Position numbers and translations under genes: made by a program. The notes beneath the pieces were generated by a model that worked only from the letters and a program-made list of their open reading frames with translations, had not been told where the DNA came from and searched no databases. This document shows, one piece after another, positions 38,401 through 45,216 of a stretch of 64,000 nt of DNA (positions within the stretch are counted from its first letter, which is position 1; the number at the start of each line of letters is the position of its first letter). This DNA is from Octopus sinensis (taxonomy: Eukaryota), in assembly GCF_006345805.1 (NCBI RefSeq), contig NC_043000.1:154194001-154258000 (forward strand), read 5' to 3'.

Positions 38401-41400
38401 TGCAAGGCTATAGTAGAAGACTCTTGCTCAAGGTGCCACGCAGTGGGACTGAACCCAGAACCATGTGGTTGGTAAGCAAGCTACTTACCACACAGCCACT
38501 CATGTGCCTAGAAGCTATGACTAGAAACTATTTAAAAATGGAATAAATTGGTTTATCATGAAACAGAGGGAAAGTTTAATGTTCCAAGCAGGACCTTCTG
38601 ATGAAGCATCTTAGCTGAAACAGTTAATTTTCATCTTCCACTCAGCAAACCAATTTATTCCACTTTTGAAGTATTTACCATTTATTAATGTAGATCATTA
38701 CTAATTTCTCCTGCTGTTTACTTTAGAGTCAGGATTAGCTTAGTTGACAGTGACAGTTTGTATTCTATGTCTAGCCTTTTGCTCTATCTCTTACAAGAAC
38801 ATTTAAATATTAATTGTCCTTGATGTATGTAGGAAGCACGAAGTAATTTAATGTCAACAGTGTGACACTGGATAATTGCCAATTGTTTTGTTAGCCAACA
38901 GTGCTAACTATTGTAGTATATTTTTACTCCTCTTGGCAAACAAATAAATTATGGGATATTACATGTATATTACATACTCTGCACTTTCATAAAACTTTTC
39001 TAACTACTCTTGGCTGTTCTAAAACTTTTGTGAGTTTTATGATCTGCACTAATTCTGACCAGATTCTCCTTATAACATGTATGAATTTTACAAAATGTGA
39101 TCCCTTGTCTATGGAGATCTTTCAGTATCATCCTCAGCTACAGTTTGTTACCATATATCCATCTGGGAGAAATATCTGATACTTCCAAACACATATATGC
39201 AGGCATGGATCTGGGTTCAGTCCATTGCACAATACCTTGGGCAGGTGTCTTTACTGGAGCAGATTAAGGTTGACTCAAGTCTTTTGACTGAGAATCTATG
39301 TGGAAACCTTTCAGATGAATTGTACTTTTAATTCAAAGTTCCATCTTTTTTCATATATTATGTTAGGCCAATCTTGCTTTGAGAATTACATTAAGGGTAC
39401 ACACATCTGTGGGATATTCAACCACTTCGGTATTAATTTAAAGTGGGCACTGGCAACCTTTCTCAAGAAATGGGCCATATGAGATAAGGCTTGTCATCAT
39501 GTGACCAACACTACTGAAAAGACTCAAGGTAATTTTTCATAGGCATGCCATTTAGCCAATGGGGTTCTGTCTGGTAGCAGGAGCACTACTGGGATAAAAG
39601 TGAAGCAACTTCACTAAGATTAAATTTTCTTTGTAAGGGAGTTAATTCCTTGATATTCTGACATTTTTAAAGTCAGTTGATAGAAACAGATCTAAGAGAA
39701 ATGCTCATCTGGGTAAAAAAATTGAGTCAGTTCTGCTGATTGATATCTCCACAAGAAGTTATGACAGAGCAGAGTCAGCTGACCTCTTGACACCCTCAGG
39801 AAGCAAACATCTCTGCTTTGTATGGAGATGATGGACTAGCAGTCTCACACAACCTGAATAGCCTCACTATGAATGCATTTAGAAAGGATCTGCAAATGCA
39901 AGGGGTTTGACTAAAACAACTATCACCTCCAACACAGCAATAGCTAAATTCCAAAATATTATATTAGACCTTATGACAAAGAAGCATCCCCTTTAAAAGA
40001 AGCCAAATGAGGAGACAGTTTACCAAGGTCAACTTTGCCTTTCATTTATTTAGGTTTGTTTAAATAAGTACCAGTGGAGTACTGGGGCTGATTTAATCAA
40101 CTCCCCCCTCCCCAAAATTTCAGGCCTTGTGCCAATTGTAGAAAGGATTGTTGTTGTTGTTGTTAATAATAATCCTTCTTTTTATTATATTTTATTCCAG
40201 AGCCTTTGTCCATTCCCTGTTGCAGACTTATTAAAAGAAATTAAGAAATATCCCAATGCAAAAGGTATAACATTGCTTTCTTTCATTTTCTTTCATAATT
40301 TTGGTTTTGTAACTGAATAGAATACTAACAAAATAGGCGACTACATCTTTTTTTTGGTTGATATAAATTTCCTCGAAGTTGATACAGATCATCTTCAAGT
40401 TGATATAACACATCCCCTGCATTACTGGCACCTGTGCCGGTGGCATGTGTAAAGATTTGAGCAAGGTCGTTGCCAGTACCACCTGACTGGGCCCCGTGCC
40501 GATGGCACATAAAAGCACCCACTACACTCTCGGAGTGGTTAGCGTTAGGAAGGGCATCCAGCTGTAGAAACTCTGCCAGATCAAGATTGGAGCCTGGTGT
40601 TGCCATCTGGTTCGCCAGCCCTCAGTCAAATCGTCCAACCCATGCTGGCATGGAAAGCGGACGTTAAATGATGATGATGATGACAACCAAGTTGATTGTC
40701 AATTGTTTATGTTACAATGTGATGTGTAAAATCAAACTGGAGAAAATGACCAGATGGATTCTTGAAATGTGCTGACCTACAAAGAAAAGTGTTCTAGCCT
40801 TGACCATCCCATCTTCCCCAGATACTTTGTATCTAAGACTACATTACACAATACACAATGTTACTTCTTTTATTAAAAATAACAAGATGAGATTTGACTA
40901 CCATTTTTAGCAGATCAAGGCTCTCTCATTGGCTCAAACGAAGCCCAGTAAATGGTAAGGTCAATTTAATCAACTCTGTCTTCCTTGGAGCTTGCCCTAA
41001 AAAAAATATCATTATCGTTTCTGTCCCAGCAAGACTGCGATATTAAATGTATTGTATAGTACAATGGTTCTCAGTCTTTTTGACTTTTTGGTGCACTAAA
41101 AATCAAACAAAAGATTACTGGGGCAATCTTTTGCAAGGAACTTCATCAAAAGTCTGTTTAAAGTTAAATAATTAGAAAATGTATAGAAATCTCTTGCATA
41201 TATTATTTTATTAATTGTATTTGTTTATAGCAAAATTGTGAATATCACTCAGATAGGATTAACTTTTTAGCGTTTAATGCAGCAATGCAGGACCATGTAG
41301 TGTCGAAAGGGATTGTCAATGGACTTCCAGCCAACCATAGGTTGGTTGAAGGATGATGAGCATTTAATCCTGCCATATCTGGCCCAAATATTCTACTTGT

Positions 41401-44400
41401 TTTATGTTAAAACTAACTAAATCCAACCTATCGAACCTACCCTGCAATGCCATTCCAAAACTAAAACCATCACATCAATGAAATTTTGAAGCTATGAAAT
41501 AATGCATTATAGGTGCAGGAGTGGCTGTGTGGTAAGTAGCTTGCTTACTAACCACATGGTTCTAGGTTCAGTCCCACTGAGTGGCACCTTGGGCAAGTGT
41601 CTTCTACTATAGCCTCGGGCCAACCAAAGCCTTGTGCATGGATTTGGTTGATGGAAACTGAAAGAAGCCCGTCGTATATATATATGTATATACGTGTTTG
41701 TGTGTCTGTGTTTGTCCCCCCAACATCACTTGACAACCAATGCTGGTGTATTTTCGTCCCTGTAACTTCGCGGTTTGGCAAAAGAGACTGATAGAATAAG
41801 TACTAGGCTTCCAAAGAATAAGTCTTGGGGTCGATTTGGTCAACTAAAGGCGGTGCTCCAGCATGGCTGCAGTCAACTGACTGAAACAAGTAAAAGAGTA
41901 AAAGAGCTTAATTCAAAACAATGTGAACAAATAAGCATTACATTTGACAAAGAAAGATGAATGCTAAAGGCTTAAAGATTACCTAAAGCTTTAAATTGTA
42001 CTTTTAAGAAACCATGATCTCCTTTGATATCCTTGTAGATATCCTACCAATGTGTTGCAGCTGTATTTGAGAACTTGCAACTGTTGGTGGTTTTTAAACT
42101 GAGTGTGGTAATACTTCTATCCATTTTACTCTTTTACTTTTATTTGTTTCGGTCATTTCACTGTGGCCATGCTGGAGCACCACTTTTAGTCAAACAAATT
42201 GACCCCAGGACTTATTCTTTGTAAGCCTAGTACTTATTCTATCGGTCTCTTTTGCCGAACTGCTAAGTAAAGAGAATGTAAATACACCAGCATCAGTTGT
42301 CAAGTGATGGTAGGTGGGGACACACAGACACACACACACCCATATATATATGTATATATAGAACAAACTTACTTAGAAATGGATGCGTTCGTTCCGTCAT
42401 ATAATAACAAATTAATAAATAAAACATATGCATATATGGGTACAGGACACCAAAAAAACGTCTGGTGTCTTGTACCCATATATGCATGTATATATACATG
42501 TAGATGTAGGTATGTACATGTATGTATATATGCATATGTTTTATTTATTAATTTGTTATATATATATATATATATATACACACGATGGGCTTCTTTCAGT
42601 TTCCGTCTACCAAATCCACTCACATGGCTTTGGTCAGCCCGAGGCTATAGTAGAAGACACTTGCCTAAGGTGGCATGCAGCAGGACTGAACTTGGAACCA
42701 TGTGATTGGTAAGCAGGCTACTTACCACACAGCTGCTCTGCATGTGTACAATTCATGTTGGATTCTTTTTTAGGTCATTTATATTTATCTTTCAATAAAA
42801 GCAGATATGACTGAGTTGATATAAATGCTGAGATTACTTATTAATAGAGTCACATACATTCCTTCAGGGTTGATGTCTATCTTCACATTTCAAGCATATT
42901 TAGAATAAACTTGTTTTTGTTTTTTCTGTTTTCTACTTTGCAGAGTTTATTTGGAGTCAAGAAGAACATCGAAATATGGGACCTTGGAGTTTTGTAGCAC
43001 CAAGATTTCAGAATCTTTTAGCCTTTAAAGTAAGTTATCTTCAGATATCTGTAATATTCTCATCACCGACATCATCGTCACATCCACCTTTTCATGCTTA
43101 CAGGAGCTGGACAGAATTTGTTGAGGCAGATTTTCTCCAGCCAGCTGCCTTTCCTCTTCATGACCCCTCACCTGTTTCCAAGTAAGGTAATATTCACCCA
43201 TGACCAGACATGTTGTCATGGAAGATTGGATACTGTTTGCATGACGTTGACACTTGTTTATACTGTCATGTAATGTCAAAGCAAGGATACATGTACAGGA
43301 CTTTGGTCAGCCTCAGCTTATGCTAGAAGACAAACTCTGAAATCAAACCCAGAACCCAATGGTTATCCTTTAAAGACACATAACTGAGTTTATCCCGTTT
43401 AAGATTTGAAAATAGATTGCTATTTCCTCATTTCTGAAAAGCATTAGCAGAGTAATTGAAATAAAAAGGCTTCAGACAAACTTAAAACTAGATTCGTCAA
43501 TTACATTGACTCCAATACATGACTAATATTTTATCAACCCAGGGGGGATGAAAGGCAGTGTTGGCCCTAGCAGGATTTGAACTCAGAATTTTAAGAGCTG
43601 GAACAAATATTTCTTTACTGCCCACAAGGGGCTAAACATAGAGGGGACAAACAAGGACAGACAAAGGGATTAAGTCGATTATATTGACCCCAGTGCGTAA
43701 CTGGTACTTAATTTATCGACCCCGAAAGGATGAAAGGCAAAGTCGACCTTGGCGGAATTTGAGCTCAGAACGCAACGGCAGACGAAATACCGTTAAGCAG
43801 TTCGCCCGGCGTGCTAACGGTTCTGCCAGCTCGACAAAGAATTTTTTCTGATGCTGTAATAATTCTTCCACCCCACCACCCCAGAAGAACCCTCAACTTG
43901 TTATGGCACTGACCAGAAGAAACCAAATTGAGCATCAGAACGGACCCTTGCATGTCCCTAGCCGAGACTCCAAGGGCTCAATGTCACTTTGGTGGATACA
44001 GAGGGGTAGCATGGGACTGCCAGCAAAGGGGGCTTACTGGTGGACCCAGTAGGCCCTACATACAATGATGCCTCTGGGACCACTAACCTGGGATGATCCC
44101 AGTCCCATAAAGCAAGGCTGCAAAACAGAGTGGGGCAACTCCACCAACCTAGTAGCATGTAACAAACTTGTAATTTCTAATTTAGGCACAAAGCCAGTAA
44201 TTATAAAGGGAGGGTCTTTTCTCAACCCTGAAAGGATGAATAGCAAAGCTGACCTGAGTATGATTTGAACACAGGACATAAAGTGCAGGAACTAAATATC
44301 ATGAGATGTGTTGTCCGAGACTAATGATTTGTCCAATCTACCACTCTATAAAAAAAAACGAAACAAACAAACAAAAATCTAAAATTACAAAACAGGAAAC

Positions 44401-45176
44401 GTTTAATTTTCGGCACTTCCTGTTTACTGAGCAAAATTATTCCCAAGTTTTGCTTTTAGAATCAAAATACAAACGTGTATCATTTATTTCTCTTTATTAA
44501 TAACTGCTACTGCTTAAGAGGAACTTCCTTCTGTAATTACTATGTAAAGACACGGTCAAGTCTGTAATTTTCAAAAGGTGGTCTGCAATTATGGGGAATT
44601 CTGTTCTGATTTGCTCTTCATAACAACACACTAGAATTGTTTTCAGTTCTTAGTTTTGAATGAAAGTGCATTGTTACCAATGATAATATAAGGCCACAGA
44701 AGAGGAAGGAAATCAACTCTTCATTTTTTTTTCTTTCAATACTCACTATAAGAGATGTGATCTTTACTTTGTCTTTGTAATCATTATGAAGCTGTTGGAT
44801 ACTAGTTTTCAAATACTACTCTCATGTTTTTTTTCATTTTTCTTTGGTCAATAAGGACAAGATATTGATATTGAGTAATTTATATTCTTATAAAACCCAT
44901 AAACCTTTTACCTCTAATTATAGAGCCAAAGTAGCCGAGTGATTAAATGAGTAGTTATTTCGGCCAGGTCAACTAATTGAATAGACCTACCATGAAAGGC
45001 AATCCAATCAGGACCACCTCATCTTATATTCCATGAATGCAAATAGGACTGATTAAATGAAGTTCTCTTTGCAACTGTTGTTTCAGGTTCAATTCCACTG
45101 CACAACTCCTTCAGCGAGTGTCTCCTACCATAAATTTATAATTGAAGTTTGGTAGACAGAAGCTGTGATAGGCTCT

Positions 45177-45216
<40 letters not shown>

